Below are positions 62,901-64,000 of a stretch of DNA of 64,000 nucleotides, piece after piece. This DNA is from Callorhinchus milii. Taxonomy: Eukaryota. The position numbers and the translations under genes are program-made. Location: contig NW_024704801.1 in NCBI RefSeq assembly GCF_018977255.1, positions 124,001 through 188,000 on the forward strand, written 5' to 3'. The notes beneath the pieces were generated by a model. The model searched no databases and was not told the DNA's origin. It worked only from the letters and a program-made list of their open reading frames with translations. The stretch's first letter is position 1, and the number at the start of each line of letters is the position of its first letter.

Positions 62901-63940
62901 AAATGTTAAGTGTACGGGAAGGGTTGGGAGAGGGGTAGGAAATGCTGAACAAACCGACTTTTCTGACATCTTTGACCTGCAGGAGCAGGCGGATGGTACT
63001 TGGTGCAATTCTTGGTACTTGGTGCAATGGAATGGAGGGCACGAGGGACTCGCAGAAGGTCAGAGTCAGTTAAACAGAGGCAAGAGGCTGTGGGGTCAGC
63101 AGGTCGGAGAGGTAGAGATGGTGCCAGGGCACGAAGGGGTTTGAAGATGAGCGTGAGGATCTTGAAATTGAAATACCTCACAGAATATATTGTAGAGTGA
63201 CTGTGTATTTTGTGGGCAAAACGAAGCAGCCAATATTAAATGCAAGTTGTTGAATTAATTTAACTCATAAAACACAGTATTAGCCGTGGCGGTTAAATGC
63301 TCAAACTTTTCAAGTGAGATCGCAATGTGTTTTGTAACACCAGTAGCCACGGAACGATGCCACAGTGTGTAACAAGCCTGCGTGATGTTTGCTCTGTAGA
63401 TGATTCTTCTTCCGAACACCCAGAAGGGAAACGGGGACTTGAGGAGTTCAGCCAGAACCAGGAACAGGAGCAGCAGCAGGTCCTGAACATAACCCCCTCT
63501 AGTCCTCTCGCCGTAGAAGGTGAGTCATTGTCAGCAAGTGGCTATGGGGGGTTGGGGGCTACTGAATGCAAATTGGCCGCACATTTGCTTACAAAATACA
63601 ATCGTTTTAAAGTAGTGTAAATTTTGTGAAATCTTGTCTTTTTTTATTGCTGGGGTCAGGAAATCCTCCCACTCAGCTCCGACAGGCCAAAGCCCCAACT
63701 AACGGGTAGGGTGGTCCTAGCCAACACGTAGGGATAGCTCTCCAGGTAGTGCTCTTAACGGTAAACCATATTAACTGGTTAAACACCCAGCAGTTTGTGG
63801 TATTTTCTCCAAAGCCGACTCTTCCTACAAAGAAACAGAAGCGGAAACTGGCACTGAAGAGTTCAGCCCCAACCAAGGACCGGAGCTGCCGAAGGAAGAG
63901 TGCCTTGAGCCTGAACTGCCCGCCCTACTCAGCAAAGAAG
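59966..63940 (+). CDS. CARD-containing URGCP/CARD6/very-large-inducible-GTPase-like protein, 3'-partial, internally duplicated
   Basis: CARD exon 59966-60269 (SDFIRKRR..DTVLDEL..LITREEYDKI..DKARELINTMLRKGERACQQFL); acidic linker exons 60874-60999 and 61295-61420; exon from 62714 (LQEMLQNLGLQDLYTRKLSLSEVLEIG..YFLKKLMILSLTARN), matching the start of the URGCP/CARD6 domain but cut at about 62995; duplicated linker exons 63400-63519 and 63815-63940. All introns are phase 1. Confidence 0.78.
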
Positions 63941-64000
63941 GTGAGTGATTGGTTGCTGCTTTTCCGGGGGTAATAACCCCTTCACAAAATGAATTAAATA
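60502..64000 (+). repeat. Recent direct tandem duplication, period about 2.52 kb
   Basis: 63028-64000 repeats 60502-61480 with four substitutions seen and one 6-nt indel (CAGGAA); the second copy runs off the window. Confidence 0.95.
61940..62500 (-). mobile_element. L2 LINE 3' fragment
   Basis: Reverse strand gives the L2 ORF2 C-terminus (LHWLP..FKIL-type segment) and the same 3' tail. Confidence 0.8.

Overview
GC-rich, microsatellite-laden vertebrate genomic DNA with spliceosomal GT-AG genes and four N-gaps. The tRNA-head/L2-tail SINEs, CR1 LINEs and protein divergence suggest a cartilaginous fish, probably a holocephalan; this is inferred, not proven. Exon-by-exon reading gives nine genes: PELP1 (+, 5' end outside window), BAP18/C17orf49 (-), RNASEK (-), a 14-exon ALOX12-type lipoxygenase (-), a head-to-head pair of DGAT2-family acyltransferases (7-exon MOGAT3-type on -, 6-exon MOGAT1/2-type on +), an SPSB-family SPRY/SOCS-box gene (-), a PILRA-like ITIM-bearing Ig V-set receptor (+, one 1-nt frameshift in a G-run), and a CARD + URGCP/VLIG-like gene (+) with an ISRE/GAS promoter and a recent ~2.5 kb internal tandem duplication running off the window. 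Most long ORFs in the supplied track are translations of simple repeats. Highlights: the PILRA-like receptor, a candidate fourth SPSB1/2/4 ohnolog, an atypical lipoxygenase active site, the interferon-type CARD-URGCP locus, and minisatellites that amplify exon-intron junctions, notably seven extra splice donors in RNASEK intron 1. Comparisons to known proteins are from memory; no searches were run.
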